Shown one piece after another: positions 38,648 through 52,087 of a stretch of DNA of 64,000 bases. The position numbers and the translations under genes are program-made. Source of the stretch: Chiloscyllium plagiosum. Taxonomy: Eukaryota. Each line of letters starts with the position of its first letter. Within the stretch, counting starts at the first letter, position 1. The stretch is from positions 31,332,150 to 31,396,149 of the forward strand of contig NC_057720.1 in assembly GCF_004010195.1 (NCBI RefSeq). Reading direction: 5' to 3'. Under the pieces are notes generated by a model. The model was given only the letters and a program-made list of their open reading frames with translations, was not told the DNA's origin and made no database searches.

Positions 38648-39004
38648 CTGAGAGAAGTAATTAGAAATGTTGAAATCTAAGTTAGAAACTGAAAACATTG
38701 GTAACATATGGCAAGTCTGAAAAGCCTAATGAAAGGTGAACATCTGGATAATTTATCATGATATCTTTTGCGTTAATAAATAAGGAAAATAAATCACCTA
38801 ACTGATATGAATTTAAAGATAGGGCATGAAAATGAGAAAAAAACAGAAAGGACGTAAGTCACTTCACATTTTAGTTGCTGAGTTCCAATGTTTATTAACA
38901 CTGCAGAAAAGGAATTACCTCTTTTAAAACAGTTAAAAGAATTATTAGATTTAGAGTGACAGTTTGAACTTGCAAGCATTCTGTAATCAATCCATTTAGA
39001 AATT

Positions 39005-39172
39005 TGGACACACCTCTAGAGCAGATGGGACTTGAACTCAGACCACCCAGCTCAGAGGTAGAGACAATACCACTGCAGCCTTTGAAAAAAAATCAAATTA
39101 AACAGCCTGTTTTTTCAGATGTTCAGATGTTGTAACACTCCTGCATGGTGGGTAGGGACTGTACCACTACCC
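39005..39172 (-). mobile_element. Short tRNA-derived SINE remnants (family of 55541-55636)
   Basis: Reverse complement cagtggtattgtctctacctctgagc...gagttcaagtccca matches the head at 55541. Confidence 0.5.
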
Positions 39173-39680
39173 TGCGAATTGCTTTCTGCTCAGTTTCCAC
39201 TTGTGCATTGCTTTCCATTCATGTCAGCCTGGCTATTCTGTCCACCTCCTAGTCAACCAAATTAAACTGATTGTCTTTCCATCCAGCTGATACTGACCCT
39301 TCCAACTATCTTCTTCAATTTATGCTTTTCTTCCCCAAGAAAAAGTGTTGATCTGGACTTTTGCCTCTGACCTTCACAAACCTCCACTGAGAGCTTCTGC
39401 ACTTTTCTCTATTCCTTTCTTCCCTATGGATGACAATCTCTCTCTACTCTCATTTAGTTACCTCTTGCCATTGATTTCCACCTTCCCTCTCTTCTCAGTC
39501 ACTGCTGTCTCAGCTCAATAATTTTGCCCGTAAAGTCAAATCTTGTATGTTCTTCTTTGAAGATTTGAATCATTTTAAAAATTAGCATACAAACTAAAAT
39601 GAATAGAATTAAATTAAAATAGCAAATAGAGTAATGTTGGAGAAAAACACAAACAATGATTCTCGAAAGCCATAGTTATG

Positions 39681-41100
39681 TCATAGAGTCATACAGTCAT
39701 AGGGATATACAGCACAGAAACGGACCCTTCAGTCCAACTTGTTCATGCCGAGCAGATATCTTTTATTTATTTATTCATTTTGTGGATTGTGGGCATCACT
39801 GACTGGCCAGCATTTATTGCCTGCCCCTAGTTGCACTTGAGAAGATGGTGGTGAACTGCTTTCTTAAACTGCTGTAGTCCACCTGCTGTGGGTTGACCCA
39901 CAATGCCATTAGGGAGGGAATTCCAGGATTTTGACCCAGCGAATATTTTTCCAAGTCAGGATGGTGAGTGGATTAGAGGAGAACTTGAAGGTGATAATGT
40001 TTCCATATATCTGCTACTGTTGTCCTTCTAGATGGAAGTGTTCATGGGTTTGGAAGGTGCTGTCTGAGAATCTTTAGTGAATTTCTGCAGTGCATTTTGT
40101 AGATAGTACACACTGCTGCTACTGAGCATGAGTGATGGAAAGAGTGGATGCTTATGGATGCAATGCCAATCAAGCTGGTTCCTTGTCCTCGATGGTGTCA
40201 AGCTTCTTGAGTGTTGCTGGGGCTGCACTCATCCAAGCAAGTGGGGAGTATTCCATCACACTGCTGACCTGGGCCTTGTAGATGGTGGACAGGTTTTCAA
40301 AAGTCAGGAGGTGAGTTATTTGCTGTAGTATTCCTAAACTGTTCTCTAAACTGTTCATGTAGCCACTGCATTTATGTGGTGGGTCCAGTTGAATTTCTCA
40401 TCAATGATAACTCCTAGGATGTTGATAGTGGGGGATTCAGTGATAGTAATACTGTGGTAAGGGGCAGTGGTTAGGCTGTCACTTATTAGTGCTGGTCATA
40501 GCCTGGCATTTGTGTGACAAGAATGTTGCTTGCCATGTGTCTGCCCAAGTCTGGATATTGTCCAGATCTTGTTCCATTTGGATATGGACTGCTTCAGTGT
40601 CTGAGGTGTATCAAATGTTACTGAATATTACACAATCATCGATGAACATCCCAGCTTCGGACCTTATGATGGAGAGAAGCAACTGGAGATGGTTGGGCCT
40701 AGGACACTACCCTGAGGATCTTAAGTAATTCTAGTCCCATTTGCTCGCATTTGGCCCATATCCCTCGTAACCCTTCCTATTAATATACCCATCCAGATGC
40801 CTTTTAAATGTTGTAATTGTACCAGCCTCCACCACTTCTTCTGGCAGCTCATTCCATGCATGACCCAGCCTCTGCATGAAAAAAGTTACCCCTTCGGTCC
40901 CTTTTAAATCTTTTCATTCTCACATTTCTAATTTTGGACTCCCCGACCCTGGGGAAAAGACCTTATCTATTTATCCTATCCATGCCCCTCATGATTTGAT
41001 AAACCTCTATAAGATCCTCCCTCAGCCTCTGACACTCCAGGGGAAAATAGCCCCAGTCTATTTAGCCTCTCCCTGAAACCCTCCAACCCTAGCAACAGTC
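39681..41100 (-). mobile_element. CR1 3' fragment (39681-39760 and 40725-41100) split by a CR1-type LINE (39762-40718)
   Basis: Host 3' UTR rejoins across the insert; the insert carries IYKAQVSSVMEYSPLAW. Confidence 0.85.
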
Positions 41101-41394
41101 TTTAATTTTTTTTCTGTCACAACATTGTGAATATCCTGGAGGGGGAATAGAACAGTTCTACCTGACTTGTTTCTCTTCCACCTGGTTCTGTTGGTGTTTA
41201 ATTGTGATTAGTAATTACATAACCTGCTTGCCAAGGGAAATGACTCATTTTTCTTCAGAAACTCTGACACAATGCTGAAGTCAGATTAAAAAAAAAGGCC
41301 AAACGTTGTTTAAAAGTTGAGACATACTTGCTCAGGAAATTTGCCTTGAAATGTCTGTGTGCTCACCACTGTCATAATTAAATTTTTAAACAGT

Positions 41395-44300
41395 GGGGGG
41401 TGGAATCCAAGATGGTGGCGATCTAAGGCGATCACACTGCAGAGCTCCGCATCACAGCACAAGCGGGACGAACCTTCAACCCGCCCAACCCAGACCATTG
41501 TGATATCTTGGGACTCCGGAAGGATCATAGAGTCCCAAGAAACTTCTAAAAGTGAACTTACCTGCGTTTCCAGTCATCCAAAGATGCCGAAAAAGGGAGG
41601 AGGAGCATCCAAGGCTGGGTCAGCAGCTCAGCCTGCAGGATCGTCAAAGTCAATTACTTTCCAGGCCCTGGTGAACAAGCTCTCGAAATCTCGTGAGATG
41701 CTGGGGAAACAGATTGAAGAAAAGCTGGCTCCAGTCTCTCTCATGCTGCAGAAGCATAAGCAATAGCTGGGAGACCTGGAGAAGAGGACGGATGAGGTGG
41801 AGCACAGGGTCACAGTGGTGGAAGCTGATGCCAGTTCAGCCAAGGCAAGGATCCAAGCCCTGGAGGCAGAGGTTCGTAATTTGCGTGACCAAGTGGATGA
41901 TCTTGAAAACAGGGGCAGGACAAAAAACATTCAGATCATCGGTCTGCCTGAGGGTAAGGAAGGTGAGCGGTCTGTGGAATTTGTTGAGGACTGGCTACCA
42001 AAATTCCTTGACTTGGAGACTGGCATGAGAGGATTGAATATAGAGAGGGCTCACTGGGTCGCAGAGCAGAGATCGGGTCTAGGTCAACGTCCTTGTCCAC
42101 TCCTGGTGCAATTCCATCATTACCGGGATAAGGAGAGAGTCATGGAGGCTTCCAAACTCCAGGAGAAGAATCCAAAGGCCCTAATTTATGAGGGCTCTAA
42201 GATCATGTTCTTTCAGGACCTCTCAGTGGCGGACTCTGGAATTTAAATGTTATTGCAGAAGGTTATGGCTAATGACCTGATTAAATGGTATACCTGGAAT
42301 ATCAAGGGAAGTCATTCACCAATTAAGAGGAAGAAGGTACTGTTGAGTCTTAGAAAGGAGAAGGTGGATATTGCCTTGTTACAGGAGACACATTTGGATG
42401 ACAAGGAGCATCTGAAATTACAGCAGAATGGTTTTGACCGAGTTTATTTTTCATCGTTTAATACCAGAAGTAGGGGAGTGGCTATATTGGTTAGGAAGAA
42501 TCTCCCATTTAAGTTGTTAGAGTGTGTTAAAGACACACACGGGAGGTTTGTAATTCTTATAGCCTTGATAAATGGGGAAGAAAATGGTGTTTTAAATGTT
42601 TATTGCCCTCTAGCTCATCCCCTTAAATTTTTGGTAGACGCTTTTTCTAAACTGATAAGTCTCGAGTCCCGGCACATCATTATAGGGGGACATTTTAATT
42701 GTCTCATGGATCCCACAGTAGACAGGTTGCCCAAAGGTCCCTCAATACCCTCTGCACAAACTAAACAGTGAGAGGATCTGTGTGGAGAGTTAGGGTTGGT
42801 GAACGTCTGGAAATGTCTCCACCTTACAGGAAGGGATTTTACATTTTTATCCAATCCGCACAGATGTCACACCAGGATTGATTTTTTTTCTGACCCCTGT
42901 GGTAACCCTGGATTTGGTGGCATATTGTACAACTGGCAATATTACCATTTCTGATCATGCTCCAGTGTACCATATGGTTAAGATTAAGGACTTTACAGTG
43001 GGTTCGAGGTACTGGTAAATGGACCCATAAGTTTGTGGTGTATTTCTCTAGGGAATTTCGGGTGTTTCTAGACATCAACTTAGGCTCAGTTGGTAGTTCA
43101 TTGGTCCTCTGGGAAACTGCCAAAGCCTGTGCTCGAGGGTTAGCTATTTCATATTCCACCAGTGGGAAGTGGCAGAAGGGTGAACAGTAACATTTCCTTG
43201 AAGCACGTTTGAAGGAAGCTGAGAAGGCTTACTTTGACAGGCCCTCGTTGGTCAAACTACAGAGGATTATGGCGCTGCGGTCTGCATTAAATTTCTTGCT
43301 CAAGCAGACGGCAAAGAAGGAGCTGGCTTTTGCAAAGCAAGGGTTGTATGAGCATGGTGACAGGCCAGGCAAATACTTAGCATATCTTGCCAGGAAAAGG
43401 AGTGCCCCACACGCCATTACGGCGATTAGGGAAGGGTCTGGAATGTAACATGTGATTCTAAAAAGATTAATGTGGCATTCCAGATATTTTACTCAAAGTT
43501 ATAACAATTTGAGGATTGTGAGGAGGGGCAGGCCAAAATGGAATCTTTTTTAAGGATCTGAAGCTCCCAGGTGTGACTCCCGAACAAGAGTCCTTTTTCA
43601 ATGCCCTGTTATCAGAGTAAGAAGTGCATGAAGCTGTGAGACAGCTTCAGAGTGGAAAGGCGCCCAGTCCTGACAAACTTCCCAGTGAGTTCTATAAGAA
43701 ATTTATAAGTATATTGTCAGGCCCAATGCTCGATATATTTAATGATTCATACAGTCATGATTATCTCCCACCATCTCTGAGAGAGGCCAATATTTCACTT
43801 ATCCTTAAAAAAGGGAAGGACCCGGAAGACTGTGCTTTGTACAGGTCCATCTCGCTCTTAAATGTCGACTTTAAGATCCTCTCTAAGACTCTTGCGTTAA
43901 GGCTGAAGACTGTGTTACCTTCTATTATTAAAGAGCATCAGACAGGTTTCATAAAGGGTCACAGATCCTCCACTAATGTTAGGAGGCTGCTTAATGTAAT
44001 TCAAGCGTGTCAACAACAGTCAATACAGGGATTGGTGATTTCTTTAGATGCAGAGAAGACATTTGACCGAGTTGAGTGGCCGTACCTTTTCTATACTCTG
44101 GAGCGGTATGGTTTGGGCAAAGTCTTTATAAGATGGGTAAAGGTTGTCTACAGTGGTCTTCTCGTGACGGTCATCACCAGTGGGGTACGATCAAGCATTT
44201 TTAATATTTTTAGGGGCAGTCGGCAGGGCTGTCCCCTTTCATTATTGCTTTTTATGTTGGTGATTGAACCAATTGGCAGAGGCCATTCATGGGGATTCCA

Positions 44301-45843
44301 ATATATCAGCTCCAGAAGTGGGGTCAAAATTACGTAAGATTTTGTTTAATGCAGACGATATCTTAATTTTGGATGCCCCCCTGATTTTCAATAAGCGAAC
44401 TGTCAGGAGGCTGAACAGTAGGGTTCAACTCCTTTATTTGGCACCATAAGCGACCCCTCATTAAATTAATGAAACTGCAGTTGCCTCACTGATTGGAGGG
44501 AGTGGACCTTCCAGACATTAAAAATGACCAATTAAGCTCGCTTTAGTCCTATGTGAGAGATTGGGTTTGTGGGGATCCTCTTTCAATATGGCTAGATATC
44601 AAAGCCTCCCAGGCAAGGTGCCCCCTTACCAGTTTGCTCTTTTTGGACAAAATGAGGACAGCAAACTAGGAGTGAGTCTTGCATGGGCGATTTATTTGAG
44701 GGAGACGTAATGATGTCCTTCGATCAGTTAATACTGAAATACGAGTTATCTAATAGAGACCACTTTCGTTTTTTTCAAGTTATGGATCTTATTCAAAAAA
44801 AGACTACACCTTTCACTGATCCTTACAAATCCGACATAGAGAGGGGGGTGCTAAGTGCTAAGGGTACACTTTCCGTCAGTTATTTATATCATCAATTGGG
44901 GGGTGCCCCCTCGGATGAGTTTGGTCAACTCTGCAGGGTGTGGGAGAGAGAGCTGGGTGTTGAAGTTTCCTCAGAGGCATGGGAGAGTATTTGGGAGAAT
45001 GCAAGGAAGATATCCAATTTGCAATAGGACCCATGCTTTACAGTTAATGATTCTCCACAGGGTTCACTTAGCTTCAGACTGTTTGACAAAATTTAAACCA
45101 GGGGTATCTTCAGCATGTCCCAAGTGCAAGGTTCGTACGGGCACTCTTACCCATTGTCTCTGGTCTTGTGATAGGCTTCAAACATATTGCAATGCTGTGG
45201 CAGGCGCAATGGAGAGGATTTTGGGTGTAAGGGTGGAGAAGGACCATATCTCTCTCCTTTTGAGCCTGCCCATTGTATTTCCTGCAGATGTGCATAAGAC
45301 AAAACTTTTCAGTATACTCACATTCTGTGCAAGAAAGAATATCTTGTTAGGTTGGATATCCGAACACAGCCCCCCGGCTTGTCGGGTTGGCAGAAGATTG
45401 TTATGGAGCATATTCCCCTGGATTTTCTCACAAATATGGTACACCAGAAAACTGAGAATTTTTATAAGACATGGCAGCCCTTTTTGAAATACCTTGACAC
45501 AGATTTATCTGCCACACTAACAAGGGCTTTTATATAGCCTTAACGATTGTGTTTCACGAGTCCAATATCCAGGGAGGAGGAACTGTGAAAGTATGAGCGT
45601 TTTATTGGGCTGGGCTGAGTTATTACTATTTATTAGTTTGTTGTTGGTTATTTACTTATTTAATTAAATAGCCAGTTTAGGTTTTTTAATTCTATACTTT
45701 TCTATATATGTTTATATATTTGTACATGAGGGTGGATTGGAGTTTTGTTTTTTTACTTGGATTGTTCTTTTTGTATTGCTTTGAATTGTATCGTTTTGTA
45801 CTTGTAATATTAAAAAATCTATTTTTCCAATAAAAATAAATTG
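41395..45843 (+). mobile_element. L1-clade LINE with both ends present, internally deleted and decayed
   Basis: 5' gggggg...caagatgg (YY1-like); ORF1 LENRGRTKNIQIIGLPEG; ORF2 TWNIKG, LQETH, SLDAEKTFD, RQGCPLS, ADD and CPKC...HCLWSC; aataaa end; TSD aaatttttaaacagt (41380-41394) / aaaattttaaacagt (45844-45858). Confidence 0.95.
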
Positions 45844-46409
45844 AAAATTTTAAACAGTAATGATGAACCATACAGTAGTTGAGAACAGTGACACCTACAG
45901 GCATTTTGGATGCTGCATGTATGATTCCCACTAAACTGAGCAAGATTTATACACATTCTTAGGTCATGGTACTGTAAATGATATTTTACAGGTTACATGT
46001 CCTAGCAGCCAGGAAGTGGTGCTTCATTTTGCTGATTTTATCTCCTTTCCGAGAACAAAAATAATTAGCCTCTGAACTTCATATACACCTACACTCTATC
46101 TCCTAATGAACACCCTTTTCTGGCTCCTCTGAGAGCAGCAAATTCAATCTTTGGCAAATTGCATCCTTCTTTTCTCTATGCAATGTTCGTGCAATAAAAG
46201 ACTGCAATTTACTACACATAAGCAAAGCAAAGAGAGAGATTAAGCAATTTACATTCAGGCAGGAAGGAAGCACCTGCTGCTTATAAGCAGATCTCCTTTC
46301 AGCAGTTGCATCCCTTTGACAAGAGTCGGTAGAACAAAATAGAGAGGAACACATTTTAGATAGTCAGTCAGGTTTTTGAGAATGAGTACAGCGTACACCT
46401 CACTGAAGT

Positions 46410-47385
46410 TATGCAGACATAGAATAGGCATCAACAGTTCCTCCACCATAATCCTCAACACCGGTGCCCTGCAAGACTGTGTACAATACAAAACTCCTTA
46501 AGACTGTGTGGCCAAGTTCTGCCCCAAGTTCAATTACAAGTTTGTTAATGACACCACCGTCATAGGTCAGATCTCAAACAATAATGAGACAGGATACGGG
46601 GAAGGGATTGAGTGCTTAATGGCATTGTGTAAAGATAACACTCTTTCCATCAACATCAGCAAAATGAAGGAGCTGGTAATTGAGTTCAGGAAGCAGAGTA
46701 GAGGTCACGCCCCTGTTTGCATCAAGAGTGCTGAGGTCAAGATAGTCAAGAGCTTCAAGTTCTTGAGATTAATGATCACCAACAATCTGTCCTGATGGAC
46801 CCATGTAGATGCAACAGTCAAGAAAGCACAACAATGTCTCTACTACCTCAGGGGGCTAACGAAATTCAGCATGTCCACAAAGACACTTAACAATTTTTAT
46901 TGATATTGCACAGAAAGCATCCTACCTGGATACATCATTGTGTGGTGTGGCAACCGTTCTTCCCAAGACCGCAAGAAACTACAGAATCATGAAAACAGCC
47001 CAGTTCATCATGCAAATCAGCCTTCCATCCATTGACTTAATCTATACTTCCTAAGTAAAGCAAGCAACATAAACAAAGACCCATCCCACCCCAGTTACAC
47101 TCTTTCACCCTCTTCCATCAGGTAGAAGATATAAACACATGTATGAACACACGTATGAACAGAATCAAGTACAGTGTCTTCCCCACAGTTATCAGACTTT
47201 TGAACAGACCTCTCAAATGTTAATTTTGATCTCTCTCTGCAAATTCTCTGCGACTCTAACACTGTATTCTGCACTCTGTTCTGCAATCCTGATGCACTTT
47301 GTATCATACAATCTGTCTGTGCAACACGCAGAAGAACACTTTTCACTGTATCTTGGTACATGCAACAAGAATAAATCAAATCAAG
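46410..47385 (+). mobile_element. Rex1/Babar-type LINE 3' fragment
   Basis: ILNTGA, YKFVNDTTVIG and KMKELVIEFRK motifs; aataaatcaaatcaa tail. Confidence 0.85.
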
Positions 47386-48119
47386 CTCAAACTAAAAATA
47401 TCCAATTAAACTTCTCAGCCAATACAGATAAAATGGATAATTTATACTTCATAAGGAGGTTCATGCAACAATTGATGTTTGACAAGATCACTTCTTAGTT
47501 ATGAGAAAGACTTAGATCTGACATCCAGTTCCACATTTGATTAATTACTGTGATACAAATCTGATAAAAGGATCACAAATTTGAGAGTAAACTACTATGA
47601 TACAAGGATTATGGTGACGTCACTATAAATCTCTTTTTTTATAATGTTATCTGTCTCGCAATAACAAAATCAATTAAAATTAATTCTGAAGATAGGAATA
47701 AATTGTGTAGTTTAACCTACATTAACGCAAGGCCAAGAGTTTGTGCTAAGTTTCAAAACCAGCTTGTAAACTCCACAGGCAATTCATCACCAGTATGCTA
47801 ACATAGCCTTGAATTTACTATTACCTTCATCTAAAACACTAAAAATGTCAAATAACTCAAAATTGTCACTGAATTTCAATGCACCATTGTCTGCTGACTA
47901 CAATGGCAATAGAATCTGATAGGTCTTCTGTATCATGACACACTATCCCTTCATTTTGCACACATTTTCCTGCATATCCCAATATATCTATCTATTTTGG
48001 AGGGGTAGATTATGACCATGTCTGAATACTTAAAATATTTCAGGTGAAAGCAGAGATATAAATGGATGAAAAGTCAGACAAGTCTTAAGAAAGAGCAAGT
48101 CAGATGCTCACATGATTAC

Positions 48120-48358
48120 CAAACAAAAACAAAGTAGTAGAGAAACTCACAGGTCTGGCATCACTTGTACAGAGAAAAACAGAGTTGATGTTTCAAATCC
48201 AGTTACTCTTCATCAGAACAGCTCTGACAAAAAAAATCACTGGACTCAAAATGCCAATTCTGTTTTTCCCTCCCTACAGATGCTGCCAAATCTGCTGAGT
48301 TTCTCCAACATATTCTACTTTTGTTTCAGATTTCCCACATCTGCAGTTCTTTGTTTTA
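48120..48358. mobile_element. Third-family palindromic Penelope-derived mini-element
   Basis: Arms ~48125-48218 and ~48222-48325 are degenerate inverted repeats, followed by a tail; minus strand reads CTGATGAagag...GAAACATC. Confidence 0.7.
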
Positions 48359-49019
48359 TGACTATCTCCCATATGGTGAAAATACAACCTATCCTAATGT
48401 CTCATTAAAAAAGATTTTTGTTCTCTTATCGCTTTGTCTTCATCCACAATAGTGATGCTAGCTTCCAGAGTCCCATTCATAATAAACTTGCAGAAAGCTA
48501 GATGTTAGATAATCTGCTCCTGTCTGAAAATTGTCACAATATCATAATTAATTTTATTCTGAGAAAACACGCAACCCCATTATTGCTACTTTAAATTTCC
48601 TGTACCTTGTCTTGACTTTAGCGTTTGCACTGTTGATGTCAGGAACTGTGTTGCTTATCTACTTTTTCTCCCCATTGTGTGTCTGCATCCCAGTCAGGTT
48701 CCATTTCATTTCATTCTAATCAGTAAAGGTTGTTGTGCTCTAATACACTGTCCCATGAAATTATGGCCTGTGGGTTGCATAAACATGAATTTTTAAATAT
48801 AACAGAGCAAGTTTATAAAGTGGTTTTAAAAAAAACATGTAACATTCCTGGCTTCATAAATATCAAGTACAAAAGCAAGAATCTCTGATAAATCTGAATA
48901 AAATACTGGTTTTCTCTCACCTGGGGTATTGTGCTCAAATAAAGCACACCATGCTTTAATAAGGCTTTAAAGAGACTGCAGAAAAGAAAGACTGCAGCGA
49001 AGATTGACAAGAATATTTT

Positions 49020-49380
49020 CAAGGATGAAGGTTTCAGTTATAGGCATAGATTGGAGAGGCTGAAGTTGTTATCCTCAGAGAAACAAATGTCGAGAAGAGA
49101 TTTGATAGAGATGTTTAAAATAGTGGCACTTTTTTTTAGGAAACACTTTCTTGTACAGCAAATGCTCAGGTTTGGAATGCAGTGCCTGAGAGTGCGATGG
49201 AAGCAAATTCAATTATGAATATTCAGTTGCAAGAGAATTAGTTCAGCACCTGAAGATAAAAAAATGCAGAGTTATAGAGAATGGATTGGACAATGAGAGT
49301 TCTCAGTATCTCTTGCAGAGGATCAGTACCAATACAACAGGCTGAATAGCCTCCTTCCGTGCAGTAACTGTCCTATATTC
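49020..49380 (+). mobile_element. Old CR1 3' fragment
   Basis: aggatgaagg.ttcagttatagg...agagatttgatagagatgtttaaaat. Confidence 0.7.
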
Positions 49381-50274
49381 ACATGAACAGTTCCTGATGT
49401 ATTACAGAGCATACAGTCATGTTTAAAGTGTATACAGTTGTGCATATCAGGCGTATAACTGGTTTAAACATGCAATATCCAATGTTGTCCCCACATCAAG
49501 TGCTATCAGGTTTCCCTCTCCACTTCCAGAAGCTACTAGCTACTCAGTTTTCACCACTAGAAGTTTCATTAAGGAACATTGGTTAGGTCACTCTGCCAAC
49601 AGGGAAGTGTGTGAGAACCCTGCGGCACAGGATGATATATGGCTCAATGGAAGCCCAAATTTCAGTGGATTCCAATGTACATCATAAGATTCCAAGTTAC
49701 TATATGCTTATGGCAGCATCACAGAGGTATTGAATTCAGGATGTCCCTGATGCACTGTCTCAATGTAACAGGTCAATCTTCTTCTAACTTCCCATGAAAT
49801 AGCACAATCTTGAAACATCGCCACAGCAGTTGACAAATCAGTTGAATACTTCCAGCATTTTCTTCTTTTATTTCAGAATTTCAGCATCTGCAGTATTTTG
49901 CTTTTATATGTTTTTCTTGTGTACTCTGGACACTTGGCATAGAGCCTGTTCAAAGAAAAACTGCAAATGCCAAGCATGCTGCCAGTACCAGATCCTGCGC
50001 GCTGCATTCACATGCTCACATAAGTTGGCTGCTGGCCTAGATACTCAGACCAATATATCTTCTTTTACATACCTTAAAACAACATATGTCCTTTCTCATA
50101 GACTTATATATACTAACAGGCAAAAAACAAATATAACTAAAGCCAATATCTCCAAACAGGAAATGGGTTCGTTGTCAGTACATTCTCTGACATTTTCTAA
50201 TGAAGAAATGGGTTTGGAGATTTTGAATGCAGAAGCAAGGGAGGGAGTGTCAATGTGGATCCAAGTCAGTTGGT

Positions 50275-50730
50275 GAGACAGGAAAAGAAAACACATTTCT
50301 TTGTAAATCAACTTTGTTAAATAGAAATTACAGAATGCTGAGGTTCAGAGGGACCTGGGTGTCTTAGCAGATAAATGACAAACCATTAGCATGCAGATAC
50401 AGCCTGAGAATACAAAGGCAAATGGAATACTGGTATTTATTGCAAGAGGAATGGAATGTAATATGAATTAAATTTTGTTCTAGTTGTATGGCACATTGGT
50501 GACGTCAAGTCTGGAGCACTGTGTACAGTTTTGCTCTCCTTATTTAAGGGTAGGTGTAAATGCACCATAATATTTCAGAAGAGGTTCACTCAGCTGATGT
50601 CTGGGATTTAGAGACATTAACTTATGACAAAAAATTATATCTCTATTTGAGTTTAGAAGAATGAGCGGTGATATTATCAAAACATGTAAGATTTTGCGGG
50701 GAATTGACAGAATGGGTGCCAAGTTGAGGT
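50275..50730 (+). mobile_element. Old CR1 RT C-terminal fragment
   Basis: cagagggacctgggtgtc (QRDLGV); ctggagcactgtgtacagttttg. Confidence 0.75.
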
Positions 50731-50989
50731 TCTTGCCCCAATGCCAATTGTGACCTTTTGGTGGCCAATTAAGGACAACATAAGGACTTCATCCCGCCAC
50801 TGCTAGTATTAAACCCAAATGTGAATGGGCATATTACCAGGTCACTACCTGACTAATGGGTGATTTAGCGGGACTTCCTGGAAATAGGCTATGCTGGTTC
50901 CTCTCCAGAGCTAGGCAAGATGATAAGAACATTCCACCATTTATCTCTATATTCATGGTCTTATGTCATAAGCGCAGCACTATAGTCTA

Positions 50990-51730
50990 AGCCTGTCATC
51001 AAAATGAAAGAGCTGGTCATTGACTGCAGGAAGCAGATTGGAGGACATACCTCTGTGCATATCAAACATGCTGAGGTGGAGATGGTCAAGAGCTTCGAGT
51101 TCCTAGGAGTAAGTATCACCAACAGTCTGTCCATGTTGACATTACGGTCAAGAAAGCACACCAATGGTTATACTACCTCAGAAGACTAAGAAAATTCAGC
51201 AAGTCCACAATGACTCTTATCAATTTTTATAGATGCACCATAGAAAATATTCTATCTAGATGCATCACATCTTGGCATGGCCACTGTTCTGTCCAAGACC
51301 ACAAGAAATTACAGAGACTTCTGAATGCAGCCCAGTCCATTACACAAACTAGCCTCCCATCCACTGATTCTATCTATACTTCCTGATGCCTCAGAAAAGC
51401 AGCCATCATAATCAAAGACCCCGCCTCCACCTTGTTTATACTCTCTTCCACCCTCTTCCATCAAGCAGAAGATACAAAAGTTTGAAAACACATACCAACA
51501 GATTCAAGAACAGCTTCTTCCTCTCAGTTATCAGACTTTTGAATGGACCTCTCATATATTCAAGTTGATCTTCCCCTGCATTTTTCTGTAGCTGTAACAT
51601 TATATTCTGCATTCTGTTTTATTACCCTGATGTCCTTCTGTAAGGTATGATTTGTCCAGTTACCACGAGAAACAATACTTTTCATTTATCTTCTTATCTG
51701 TGACAATAATATATATCAAATCAAATCAAT
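50990..51730 (+). mobile_element. Rex1/Babar-type LINE 3' fragment
   Basis: MKELVIDCRK, FEFLGVSIT and TNRFKNSFF motifs; (atcaa)n tail. Confidence 0.85.
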
Positions 51731-52087
51731 CAACCCACTGCAGCACGTTGTCATGTAACACTCTATGTAAGTCACAAGGAATGATTAATATGCTGTAGTT
51801 TTAATTTGATCGGCATCAGGGAGATTTTCTTTTCTCTTTGGAAGTTAACTATGACTAATACTCATTCTTCAAAAGAAAATTAATTTAGGATTGCCCCATA
51901 TTGTTATACACATGGACATATGAATCAGGAGCAGGTGTAGGCCATTCAGGCCTTTAAGCCTGCACTGCCATTTTAATCAAATCATGTTTGAGATGATGTA
52001 ATTGATTTTTACCTAATTTACATTCCTGCCTACTCCAATAATCCCCCTGCTGAACAAACGTCTATCTGCATCTGCCTTAAATATATT

